Part shown: positions 41,235-64,000 of the stretch, piece after piece
Layout: the number at the start of each line of letters is the position of its first letter
How positions within the stretch are numbered: the stretch's first letter is position 1
Assembly: GCF_009914755.1 (NCBI RefSeq)
Contig: NC_060935.1
Source: the human T2T-CHM13v2.0 reference genome, Homo sapiens
Length of the DNA: 64,000 bases
Reading direction: 5' to 3' (one strand)
Translations under genes and position numbers: made by a program
The notes under the pieces: model-generated
The model's database searches: none
Seen by the model: the letters and a program-made list of their open reading frames with translations, nothing else
Told to the model about the DNA's origin: nothing

Positions 41235-42249
41235 ATGGGGAAAAAACAGAGCAGAAAAACTGGAAACTCTAAAACGCAGAGCGCCTCTCCTCCTCCAAAG
41301 GAACGCAGTTCCTTACCAGCAACGGAACAAAGCTGGATGGAGAATGACTTTGACAAGCTGAGAGAAAAAGGCTTCAGAGGATCAAATTACTTTGAGCTAC
41401 AGGAGGACACTCAAACCAAAGGCAAAGAAGTTGAAAACTTTGAAAAAAATTTAGAAGAATGTATAACTAGAATAACCAATACAGAGAAGTGCTTAAAGGA
41501 GCTGATGGAGCTGAAAACCAAGGCTCGAGAACTACGTGAAGAATGCAGAAGCCTAAGAAGCTGATGCAATCAACTGGAAGAAAGGGTATCAGCAATGGAA
41601 GATGAAATGAATGAAATGAAGTGAGAAGGGAAGTTTAGAGAAAAAAGAATAAAAAGAAATGAGCAAAGCCTCCAAGAAATATGGGACTATGTGAAAAGAC
41701 CAAATCTACGTCTGATTGGTGTACCTGAAAGTGATGGGGAGAATGGAACCAAGTTGGCAAACACTGCAGGATATTATCCAGGAGAACCTCCCCAATCTAG
41801 CAAGGCAGGCCAACGTTCAGATTCAGGAAGTACAGAGAACGCCACAAAGATACTCCTATAGAAGAGCAACTGCAAGACACTTAATTGTCAGATTCACCAA
41901 AGTTGAAATGAAGGAAAAAATGTTAAGGGCAGCCAGAGAGAAAGGTCGGGTTACCCTCAAAGGGAAGCCCATCAGACTAACAGCGGATCTCTTGGCAGAA
42001 ACCCTACAAGCCAGAAGAGAGTGGGGGCCAATATTCAACATTCTTAAAGAAAAGAATTTTCAACCCAGAATTTCATATCCAACCAAACCAAGCTTCACAA
42101 GTGAAGGAGAAATAAAATACTTTACAGACAAGCAAATGCTGAGAGATTTTGTCACCACTAAGCCTGCCCTAAAAGAGCTCCTGAAGGAAGCACTAAACAT
42201 GGAAAGGAACAACTGGTACCAGCCGCTGCAAAATCATGCCAAAATGTAA
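41235..42249 (+). pseudogene. L1 ORF1p, disrupted
   Basis: MGKKQSRKTGNSK...QPLQNHAKM; TGA at 41562 and 41622, frameshift near 41757. Confidence 0.95.
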
Positions 42250-42297
42250 AGACCATCGAGACTAGGAAGAAACTGCATCAACTAACAAGCAAAATAA

Positions 42298-46138
<3,841 letters not shown>

Positions 46139-47945
46139 ACAATGAGATCACATGGACACAGGAAGGGGAATATCACACTCTGGGGACTGTGGTGGGGTGG
46201 GGGGAGCGGGGAGGGATAGCATTGGGAGATATACCTAATGCTAGAGACGAGTTAGTAGTTGCAGTGCACCAGCATGGCACATGTATACATATGTAACTAA
46301 CCTGCACAATGTGCACATGTACACTAAAACTTAAAGTATAATAAAAAAAATCCAAAAAAAAAAAGTAAACGTTAATACCCTTATACTTCTCCATCAGAGC
46401 TCTTGGATAACTAGACACTTTCTCAATGAGCAGTAGTATTTTGAAAGAAATCTTATTTATGAGCAGTAGGTCTCAACAATGGACTTAAAATATTCAGGAA
46501 ACCATGACAAATATTCAATAAACAGATGTGCTGTCATCCAGGCTTTGTTGCTCCATTTCTATAGCAAAGGCAGAGTAGATTTAACACTATCTTTTAGAGC
46601 TCTAAGATTTTCAATATGACAAATGAGCATTGGATTCAACTTAAAGTCACCGGCTCCATTGGCCCTCAACAAGAGTGTCAGGTTGTCTTTGAAGCCAATA
46701 GCCAGTCATTGACATCTCTCTCTACATATCCCAGATGGCATCTTCTTCCAATATAAGGTTGTTTTGTCGGCATTGAAAAATCTGTGTTTTAGTTTAGCCA
46801 TTTTTATCAATAATCTCAGCTAGATATTCTGGATAACTTGCTTCAGCTTCTTTATCAGCACTTGCTGCTTCACCTTGCACTTCCATGTTATGGTGATGGC
46901 TTCTTTCCTTAACCTCACAAGCCAAACTCTGCTACCTTCAGACTTTTTTTATGCAGCTTTCTCACCTATCTCAGGCTTCATAAAATTGAAGAGCATTAGG
47001 ATCTTATGGATTAGGCTTTGGTTTAAGGGAAGGTTGTGGCTGGATTGATCTTCAGTGCAGACCACAAATAGTTTCTCTGTTTTGGAATTAGGGCTGTTTT
47101 GTTTTCTTGTCATTCATGGAGTAATACTTTTAATGCTTTCTTCATGCTTTCCTTGCTAATTTTAATAATTTCTGATTTTTTATTTAAAATGAGAAACATG
47201 TAACTCTTTCACTTGAACATTTAGAGACGATTGTAGTGTTATTAATTTTAATATTGGCCTAACTGAAATTCAATATTGGTCTAATTTCAATTGTTGTATT
47301 ACAGGCAATAGAAGGCCAAGGAGAAAGAGAGAGCCAGGGAAACAGGCTGCTCAGTGGAACAGTCAGAATACAAACATCATTTATCTATTAGTTTTGTTGT
47401 CTTACACGGGCTTTGTTTGTGGCAACCCAAAACAATTACAATAGTAACATCAAAGATCACTGATCACAAATCACCATAACAGATATAATAATAATGAAAA
47501 AGTTTGAAATACTGTGAGAATTACTGAAACGTGGCAGAAAGATACAATGTGAGCACAAGCTGGAAAAATGGTGCCAATTGACTTGTTCACTATAGGGTTG
47601 CCACAAACCTTCAATTTGTAAAGAATGCAGTATCTGCAAAGTGCAATAAAGCAAGACATGATAAAATGAGAGAGTTATGCCTGTAATGGCCTTTTGTGTG
47701 TATTAAAAGCTGAAGAATTTATTTAAATATTCAAAAATAAATAAATAAATATTCAAAAAACTAAGTACAAATGTCTACTTCTAATGTATGACTATAGCAA
47801 ATCTTCCTTAGAACTATAAATGTAATTTTCTCCAGGACTGCTTCAAGTTCACTTAGTTTTCAGCCTGATTGAATTCTTCATTCTCAGAGAAGCTAAGTGC
47901 TAGTGTCTTCTTAGTATAAGATAATAGGATTTCTCCCTAAAATCT

Positions 47946-48388
47946 CTGCATTTGCTATGGATCTCATAACAAAACACCAGAAACTGAATGTCTTAAACAA
48001 TAGAAATGTATTGCCTCATCTATGGGTTCTAGAAGTCTGAGATCAAGATGTAGTCAGGATTACTTCCTTCTAAGAGCTGTGAGGAGAAATCTGCTCCATG
48101 CATTTTTCCTAACTTCTGGTGGTTTGCTGGCAAACTTTAATATGCCTTGGCATGTGCATACATTACCTCACTCCCTGCTTCCATCTTCACATGGCATTTT
48201 CCCTGTATGTTTATCTGTGTCCAAATTGTCCCTTATTATAAGGACACACTCACACTGGATTAGAGCCTAACTTAATGACCCCATCTAGCTTTATTATCTG
48301 CAAATATTCTATTTTTGAATAAGGTCACATTCAAGGTACTTGGGGCTAGGACTTCAACGTCTTTTAGAGGGAACACAATTCAACCCAG
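47946..48388 (-). mobile_element. MLT1A/C-type LTR
   Basis: tctagaagtctgagatcaagatg, ccatcttcacatggcatttt, gaacacaattcaaccca. Confidence 0.8.
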
Positions 48389-48937
48389 AAACTTTCCTTA
48401 CGTTTTAAGACTAGCAATTTCCAGAGATTTCAGTTTCCCTTGTGTCAGAGGTTTCTATCATATTTTTGAGCCTCAGCACCCCCAAAGTGTGGTCACTAAT
48501 AGGATTCTTATTTGATAGACATATTGATAATGATTAATAGTTGGTAAATAGGTGCTTCAGAAAATCAAGGGAAACTCACCTCAACTCAGAGTAAAAATAT
48601 ACTTATTAGCAATTCTCCAAAGGATCCAAACTGATCATGCACTCAGCAAAATTACCTTCTTAAGAAGAAAGCCCTTAGAGTGACCAAAATTGGAAATGAG
48701 GAAAACAATTGCAAAGTATTAGTTCAAGAAAATTAATCTGAACTCCTTTGATAACAAATGGCAGAAACCCAATTTACATTGGCTTATATGGAGAGGGGAA
48801 GAGGCGGCAGTGATGATATTTATTGGCTTATGTAAGTTAAAGATTCAAGACTTGAGAATAGCTGGATCTAGCAGCTGAGTAGTTCTCATTACACCTCTCT
48901 CCCATTTCTTTTCCCTGCAATTCTCTGTGATGGGTAT

Positions 48938-49130
48938 ACTGAGGGTTTCTCAATCTCAGCACTGCCAACACTTTGGGATAGCTGATTTCCTATTGTGATG
49001 AGTTGTTTGGTATAGGATGCCCAGCAGCACCTCTGACTTCTACCCACCAGATACCAGTGGCACCCTCTCCCAAACTGTAACAACCCAAAATGCCTTCAAC
49101 ACTGCCAAACATCCCACAGGGGGCAAAACT
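48938..49130. mobile_element. MER20 (hAT-Charlie)
   Basis: gggtttctcaatctcagcact...ctacccaccagataccagt...gggggcaaaa. Confidence 0.8.
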
Positions 49131-52100
49131 TCCTGTTATCTCTATATAGTGGCCTCTGAAAACCATTCAACTTGTAGTAAAACAATTGATTTATAATTCC
49201 TACATCAAGAGAAGGGTTTCTTTTCCAATGGTCTAATAACAATCCTAGGCCTAATGTCCATAATCCAATGTTTAATATATTTAATCATAATTAAAATAAT
49301 TTTACATTGATAATATTTATATAGATGGGCATAAGACAGGGACCCAGGATGCTGTGATAGTCTACACAAATATAATATACCTGTTTTCCATGCTGGATGG
49401 AGACTTTATGCTAATTTCCATAGACTTCTATCAATTTATGTGAAGGATTCTTTTTATATTAGTTGTTAAATTTCTTCTTAGAATTTTGACCTTTACCTAA
49501 ATTATTGGTATTTATAACATTTGCAACCTTCAGGAGTGTTATCTACTTTATACAAATTTTGGTCTGCAATACCAGTTCTACTCTCATATCACTGACCCAA
49601 ACTTAGTCACATGTAACACCTAGGAATAAGCAACACTGGAAAAGTAAGTTCTATCTGAATCACATGTGCCAGAAAAAAAAAAAAAAAAAACTCTTGCGGA
49701 GTTCTATTAGTAAAAAGAAGATGGGAAAATGGATATCAGAGGAAAATTAATAGCTTCTATCATGACCTGGTACTAACTAAAGAGCAATTGGAGGAGGAAA
49801 ATGTAAACTTAGAACTCATGAGGAAAAGAAAACGGAAAGTATATTAAGAATATATTTATTTGCTAAATGTTTTATACCGAGCCATACAAAAATTGTTATT
49901 GATATCATTTTATATGTAGGAAAGCTAAGAGTCAAAGAAATTAAATATCTTTCCCAAAGACACAGTGTCATAAATAGCAAAGTATGGTTTCAAATCCCAG
50001 ATTGTCAAAATTGATGCTCTTCATTAACCTACAACATATAGTGGCAGTTCCTCTACTTGGCATGTGTCAGAGTGGACTCACAGGTCAAATGTAAAATGAG
50101 GGAAGTTGTTGACATCCAGTTAAAGACATGAAAATTCAAGTCCTACAATTTTTTAAATCTGCATTTTCTTACCCAACAGAATTATATAAAAATGTAACTT
50201 TAAAAGATTTGGTGTTGAATCTAAATATCTAATCCATTTTTTCCACTTTACAATAGAGAAAACTCAGACCAACCATCATGGTTAAAAGCTTTGTCTATCA
50301 CCTTTTGTGGTCTTTTCCATATACGATGTGTCAGAGAGTCACTTAGTCCTGAAGTTCCTGCTGTCATGGAGCTGACAGTGCAATGGAGGAAAGAAAGCTA
50401 TAGCAACCCAGTACAACACTATTTGAAAAGTCTTCTAAGCTTGCAGCGATGGGCCAGGTATAATCAGTGCCCAGAGGAGGAAGTCAGATGAGGAGTTACT
50501 GTGTAGAGATTAAAACCCAGATCTTCTCCACTACAAGACTTGAAACCCAGTGTGTGGGAATATTCAGAAGAGATGTAAGGAGGATAAGTTTGCTTGCACC
50601 CTAATCTAAGGATGGGTATAATTCTTGACTAGCCAACTATCTGGAAAGTAGTTTTTATTGTTCTTCAAAAATATAATTTACATTTTAGAGCTCAGGAGCC
50701 AAATGCTTACTATAAACTGGTGCAAAACTGATTTATTAAAAGGCAGAATTCAGGGACATTTGCTCTCTACAGACCCAAAATTACAATTTCTGTTTTATGT
50801 TCTCCATAAATTATATGCAGTATTCTAGTGTTAAGATCTGAAACTGGAATAAAACCAACCAGAATTTACTTCCCAGTTCTACCTTTATTAGAAATAGTTA
50901 CTCTTTGGCAAATTACTCAACATCCTCACACCTGGCATTTCACAAGTAAAGTAGGGTTAACAGTCCCTGCCTCACCTGTTGCTGAGAGCATGAAATTAGA
51001 TACGCCACAGGTGAAGTACTCAACACACTGCCAGACGCTAGGTAAGCACTCAACAAAGGTTGCTTGTAACTTGTACAAGTTTTTCTTATGTTTTTTCTAG
51101 TTTTCATTCATTTTTTTGAGCAATTCTATTATCCCACTATGCATGAATGAAAGGGGAGGTTGAATTTCTAAGTTCTCAATCATTATACAAGTCCCTTTGA
51201 GCACTGTCTAGCTAGCCTCATGTTCCTGATCACAAGACAGTCTAACAATCTATCTAGATCAGGTGAGCTAGCATCTGGATGCATTCATACATTTATCCAT
51301 TCAACAAATCCATAAATAATTATTGAGCATTAACCAGAAAGAGATCTTGGTGCATGAAATACATCAATAAATAAAACAGACAACAGAAAAGTAAACAAGT
51401 ATATAATTAAAGAAGATAATTTCTTGGATACTGACAAGGGTAATGAATAGAGTGCTCTGTAAGAGCAAAATGAGGGAGATATTCTTTAGAAATGAAGAAA
51501 AGCTGGTATGCGGAGGTGACATTTGAAATGAGACTGGTCAGGGCAATCTAGGCCATTTTAAAAAAAATCAAAAGAAAGCATTCCACACAAAGGAACAGCA
51601 AGCACAAAGGCTCTGAGACAGGAACAAGGTTGATACATTTGAAAGGAAAAAAATAGCATTGTGAGGCCTTCCAGTTTCTGGCCAGGCATGTAAGGAGCTT
51701 GGAAGTCATCACTCCATCCTAACAAATAAAATGCTGAACGGACTAAAAACTCAACAACTCTTAGCTGTCAGAGAAATGAGGTCACGGTGCAACCCATTAC
51801 CTCCAAAACTGGGAAGACAGAGAGGTGAATATAGAGAATCACAACTTACCAGAGCAGAAACCTCCAAGAGAACAAGTGCTGGGGTAGGAAAATCTAAACT
51901 ATAATTTATGTATTGCTGGAGGCTCAGTATGGACGACTCTGAGTGGGTACAAACTCCAGAGGAATACAGTCAAGAAAGGAGAAAGGAAGTCTCGCTTTTG
52001 CAAATTCTCCCACCTGGAGCTCTACCACATTCTCATTGGAAGTATCACAAAAAATCCCCTTGCACTTCCTGGGAGAGGGGAGAAGGACCAATTTTCAAAT

Positions 52101-53479
52101 AAACCAGATCATTCTGTTCTCCTTAACAAGGTCTTCCCTCAGATGAAACTATTTAACCAGAGCTGCACCTGCTGGATTTTATCAAGGTCTAACTGATCTG
52201 GGAAAAAGCAAATATCCAGCTCCAGTTCCCTTTAGACTTCTCCATGGGAGAAGGGACATACTCAACTCCAGTCCCCCACCGCCAGCCATCCTGTCCCATT
52301 TGTAAAATTCACAGTTCAGAGGGTCACCAGCTAACTAAAAGACTGAAACCTAATCCCAGAACTATAGAATGCACCCCTGGCTCCCCTGGCTCCCCTCACA
52401 CCTTACCACTATGATAAAAAGGATCATTTACGGCAGTTCTTTTTACCCAGTATATTATGCCAGTCTACCAAGGAAACATTCACAAAGCATACAAAAAAAA
52501 AGCAAAAACAAAAGCATGGGTTGAAAAGAGAGCAAGTACTAGAACTAAGGGCTCTAATTGATGGATAAAGTAGACAGCGTGCACCAACAGGTGGGCAATG
52601 TAAGCAAAGAGATGGAAATCAAAGAAAGAACCAAAAAGAAACGTTAAAGCTCAAATGAAGAATGTCTTTGATGGGCTCATTAGTAGACTCAACATGGCTA
52701 ACAAAAGAATCTCTGAGCTTGAGAATATTTCAACAGAAACCTCAGACACAAAAAAGCAAAGAGAAAAAAGACTGAAAACAAAAAACCTATCCAAGAACTG
52801 TGGGACAACTGTACAAGTTGTAAATAAATGTAATAAGGATACTAGGAGAACAAAAAGAGAAAGGACAGAAGAAATATTTGAGGTAATAATGACTGAGAAT
52901 TTCTCCAAATTAATGTCAGACACCATACCACAGATCCAGAAAGCTCAGAGAACACTAAGCAGGATAAATGCCAGAAAAAAAAATACATCTAAGCATATTA
53001 TCTTCAAATTGAAGAACACTAAAAAGAAAATCTTGAATGAGGCCAGAAGAAAAAACACCTTACCTATAGAAAAGCAAAAATAAAAATTACATCTGACTTC
53101 TCTTCAGAAACTGTACAAATAAATAAAGTGGAGTGAAATATTTAAAGTGTTGAGACAAAAAAAAACCTAAAATTTTGTACTCTGAAAAATTATATCCTTA
53201 AAACATAAAGGAGAAATACAGACATTCTTGAATAAATACAAATTGATAAAATTTGTTGCCAGTAAACCTGTTTTGCAAGAAATGTTAAAATAAATTGTGT
53301 AGAGAGAAGGAAAATGATATAGGTCAGAAACTTGGATACACATAAAGGAGGGAAGAGAATCCAAGAAGGAATAAGTAAAGGCAAAATATAAACTTATTTT
53401 TCTTATTCTTAATTGATCTAACAGATAACAGTTTATTCAAAATAATAATAGTACGATTTTTAAAAAATGACATAGGGAT

Positions 53480-58350
<4,871 letters not shown>

Positions 58351-58359
58351 TTTTTTTTA

Positions 58360-58455
58360 AAGTAGGCTATTAATAGTTAAGTTATAGATGAATAAAAAGT
58401 TATACACAGATTTTCATTTGTGCCCCTAACCTCCATGTCATTCAAGGGTCAATTG
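58360..58455 (+). mobile_element. Tigger3-like terminal fragment
   Basis: taggctattaatagttaagtt..aaaagttatac..gcccctaacc..ttcaagggtcaattg. Confidence 0.6.
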
Positions 58456-61400
58456 TGCTAATTTCAGAAAGAGCAAATTGCACAGCAATGCAAGTTACAA
58501 GGAACAAAGAGGATTATTATATAAGGATAAAGGAGTCAATTCTCCAAGAAGACATATCCTTAACATGTATCTACCCCTAACAAAAAAGCATTAAAATGAA
58601 TCAAAGACCTTAACAGACACCTCACCAAAGAAGGTATACAGATGGATACGCATATGAAGAGATGCTCGACATCATATGTCATCAAGAAAATGCAAATTAA
58701 AATAATGAGATACCGCTACATATCCATTAGAATGGCCAAAATCCAAAGCACTGACAACACCGTATGCTAGTGAGGATGTGGAGCAACAGAAACTACTTCA
58801 TTGATGGTGGGACTGAGAAACGGTATAGCCGCTTTGGAAAACAGTTTACAAAACTAAACATACTGTTTTCAACTCCATTGGGAGCATAATTATAGTTTAT
58901 TACAGGTAGTATAATTCAGCAGTTGCACACCTTGTTATTTACCCAATGGAGTTGAAAGCTTATGTCCACACGTAATGTGCACATAAATGTTTACAGAAGC
59001 TTTATTCATAATCACCAAATTTTAGAATCAAACAAGATGTTCTTCAGCAGGTAAATGGATAAACTGTGTACATCCAGACAATGGAATATTATGCAGTGCT
59101 AAAAGAAATGAGCTGTCAAGCCATAAAAGGACAAGAAGGAAAATTAAATGCATGTTACTAAATGAAAAAAGGCCATCTGAAAAGTCTATATACTGTATGA
59201 TTGCAACTATATGACATTCTGAAAAAGGCAAAACTATGGAGACAGTAAAAGATTAGTGGTTGTCAGGAATTGGGGAAGGGGAGGGACAAAGAGAGCACAA
59301 AATATTTTTAGTACAGTAAAATTACTCTGTATGATAATACTATGGTAGATACTTGTCATTATGCGTGTGTCCAAAGCCATAGAATGTACAACACTAGGAG
59401 TGAATCCTAGTATAAACTGTGGTGATTGGGTGACAATGATAGGTTAATGTGGATTCATCAATTGTAATAAATGTACCTGTGATTGGGGGATGTTGATAAT
59501 GGGGGAGATTATGCATGCATGGGGGCAGAAAGTATATGGGAAATCTGTACATCTTCCACTCAATTTTGCTGTAAACCTAAAACTACTCTTTAAAAAAGTA
59601 TATTTTTAAAGTACCATTGTGAGCCAAAATAATCATGGAGATGAGATTTAAAAATTCAGTAGGATTCAGATTATGCAGGGACATGTAGAATATGGTAAAA
59701 AAAAAAAAATTAGTTTGATTCTAAATGTATTTGGAAGTCTTTAGAAGGATTTATTTGTAAAATACCTGGATGTTCTAGTGTTCTGTATTGCTATAATGTC
59801 TGCGATTTTGTTTTAGGGGGTCCAGGTCTAAGGGAAGTTTAAGTCCTCTGCTACATTTTCTTATCACTTTTATGGTGATTTAGCACTTATCATTAGCCAT
59901 AGCATTTAGTTAGACTAAAAGGTTTTCCTTGCGCAATTATGATTGGAATAAAACTGAGGAGAAGGATAACTTCCGAGTAGAAATCGGAAGGTATTTTCTA
60001 ATTATTTCAGAACCCTCCTTAGCCAAAGGCATGAATGCCTAACAAAAGAAATCTATGATTTACCTCAACAGATCTGTGTGTGTGTCTCTCTTTCACCCCC
60101 TTCTATCCCCCTCTCTATCTCATTTCTATATCTCCATAAATAAAAAGTTAATGAAGTAGAAAAGATGCAAAAATAATTTTCACAATATTTATACTTTAAA
60201 ACAATTATCCCGTGTAGCATGATTATATTCCAATTCTGAATAACAGCAAAGCATTAAAATATCTTGAACCTTCACAAATGTTTCTCCAACTGAGAACACT
60301 CTCTTGACCTCTAGAACCAAATTTCCATCTCTCTTTTGCACATCTCCAAATATTATGTCTCACCCTCAGACATCTCAAACTCTATATGCCAAAAATTATT
60401 TTTTCCACCAAACTTACTTTTTCTCTTGTCTTCCTAATCCCATTTGATTAAACAAATTCTGGGATACCTCCAATATTTACACATAATCTTATGTGTAAGG
60501 AGGAAGAGTCAGTGAAAATCATGGAGAACGAAGGGCCAGTGGAAGAGGTGGAAAAGCAGAAGGAAGCAGTATAATCACAGCACCCTGCTTAGCGCTACAG
60601 GGAGCAACACTTACATAGTCATGATCCTGGAAGGCTTACTTTTTCTAGCATTCAAAATCAGCTTCTAGAATGTTTGACTATGGTTACAAGACAATATATA
60701 GCTTATTAATCTTGAAAGTATAAATGCCAATTTATAGCAGGTAGACAGTGGAAGATGGACAGGAAAGAAAGGGAGAAAAGACTGAAAATGCTAAAAGCTG
60801 CATTTATAAAGTGGGAAGAAATGAAACAGCACTGAGTTAGAAAAAGCAAACTATTCAAAGTATGGATGTAATGAGAAGAATCTGATCAAGAAAAATTCAA
60901 AGCCCTTCCAGTGGGGAGTGGGACATAGAAAGGGGAGAAATAAAACAAGGACCTGTTCCTTCTCATTTTAAATCTTTCCATACTGTTTGATTTGAAAAAA
61001 AAAAAATCATGTAAAGTCTTTACTTTGATGTAAGTAAAAATTGTAATTTAAACAGTGATTCCAGAGCCTTGGTCAGAGGTGTACAGGGGGGAGAAGAGTA
61101 AACTTAAATTAAATTTACAAGGCTGGATAGTCTGACCCAGAAATTCCTCTTCTAGTAATATTCCCTAAAGAAAAAGATTCAGAAATGAGGACAAAGATTT
61201 ATGTACAAGGATGTTTGCTACAGTATTAATTATAACAGTAAAAAGTTGGAAACTACCTATGTTATAAATATGTGAAAATGATTTAAATAAATCATAATTT
61301 ATCCATAAATAGAATATTAACCAGCCACTAAATCATTTTTGAGATTGAGATATCTGATAATGTTCATATCACATTTTTGTGCTAAATGAAAATAAAGGAT

Positions 61401-61562
61401 TAAAAAACTGTGTGAGTTGTGTTACATACACACACAAAATTAGATACCCAGCAAATACATGGTCTGAGAACAAGAACATGTGTAGACAAAACTGAATGTT
61501 TACTATGAACAAATGCTCCTTAAAGAAATTTTTTAAATTATACTTCTAAAAGAAAGAAAATA

Positions 61563-62881
<1,319 letters not shown>

Positions 62882-64000
62882 AAAAGAAAGAAAATAATTG
62901 TTACAGAAAGGAGGTCAAAGAAGAATAAGGAATGATAAACAAGAAAGTGAAAAACATGGAAAAATCTAAATGGATATTTATCCTGGACTTTGAAATATAT
63001 ATAATTAAAATCCTAGGGGTAAAAGAAAATATAATTTGGAAGAGAGAGATGAGTTCAAATGTTCTAAATTCTTTTGAGAAGAAGGCAAAAATATTTAGAC
63101 ATTTTAACATGTACATACTAAAATTTCTAAGCTAATTGCTGAAACGATGTAGAGTTTATAGTTCCCAAAGTGGTACAGAAGCAAAAGTGGGATGAGGGAG
63201 GAAGAACAATTTAATTGGGAAAAAGGCAAGGAAGAACTTGCTGCCCATTATAGGAATTCTACACACCTTAGTTATGAAAATAAAATGCTGCCACATGCCC
63301 TCTGCTATTCCAGGATCCTAGCAACTCCATTTGTTCCTAAAGACCCCACTACTAGAATAGCATCTCTGCCATATGAACCACTCCCAAGCCTTTCAGCAAT
63401 CTGTTGACCCTCTTATCACCTTGGAAAATAGAGTAACCATTGGAGCCTCCCAGTGAACACTGTCAGCTAATGGGCCCAACTGAGAGCATGCCCATTGCCT
63501 TGAGCCTTTTTTGATTGCTTTCTCCACAATTATTCATGACAGTTTTGTCATCTCCATTTCATTTATGAGAATTGGCTCTTCTTCAAAATACTCAAGAACC
63601 ATCTCAGCAACATATTAAAGCAATAAACTTGGATCCAGACCAGAGTGTTGAATCCTATCACAGAACAAAGCTCTTGTATTATCATTCTCTCTTAGCCAAC
63701 TTTATATTCTGCTGCCATCTAACACTCTCAAGGTTAACTCCTCCTTCTTGCCACCTTATATTAACCAGGTACTATAGGATTTTGGGGGTGTATAATCTCT
63801 CTCCCTTCGCAGTCCCAGCACTCCCCTAGTTAGCTTATGCTAAGACTTGATATGATCTATAGTCTGGTGGCCAGAGGGGAAGTGAAGTCAGTTTCTGAAA
63901 TAGGGAGGAGAGGAATTGTCTTACAAAGTATTGGCCTCATTTAAGGAATTTCCATAGTCTTCAATCAAGGAGAGGGCCTGTATTTTCCACAGGGATGTGT

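Overview
AT-rich primate (human/great-ape-like) genomic DNA, mostly interspersed repeats, with no intact host protein-coding gene. Repeats include a near-full-length L1PA13-type LINE (14.7-22.5 kb) with nested MaLR LTRs and Alus, a full-length L1PA2-type LINE (40.3-46.4 kb) inside a near-complete Tigger1, and a composite L1MC/L1PB/L1PA block (51.7-59.6 kb). There is also a 5'-inverted L1 (61.6-62.9 kb), plus Alus, ERV LTRs, L2 and MIR. The main signal is largely absent from the ORF track. The small non-repeat islands carry a chain of minus-strand, AG..GT-bounded 40-190 nt segments whose reading phases join from exon to exon into a protein-like sequence with scattered stops. This reads as a fossil multi-exon gene (unitary or unprocessed pseudogene), best supported at 8.8-23.8 kb, with weaker candidates from about 0.9 kb to 60 kb. 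The L1PA13 sits inside one of these exons. Several peptide pieces resemble RGS-domain motifs (RGS22/RGSL1-like), which is a hypothesis only. Repeat subfamily names come from recalled consensus features, not a database search.
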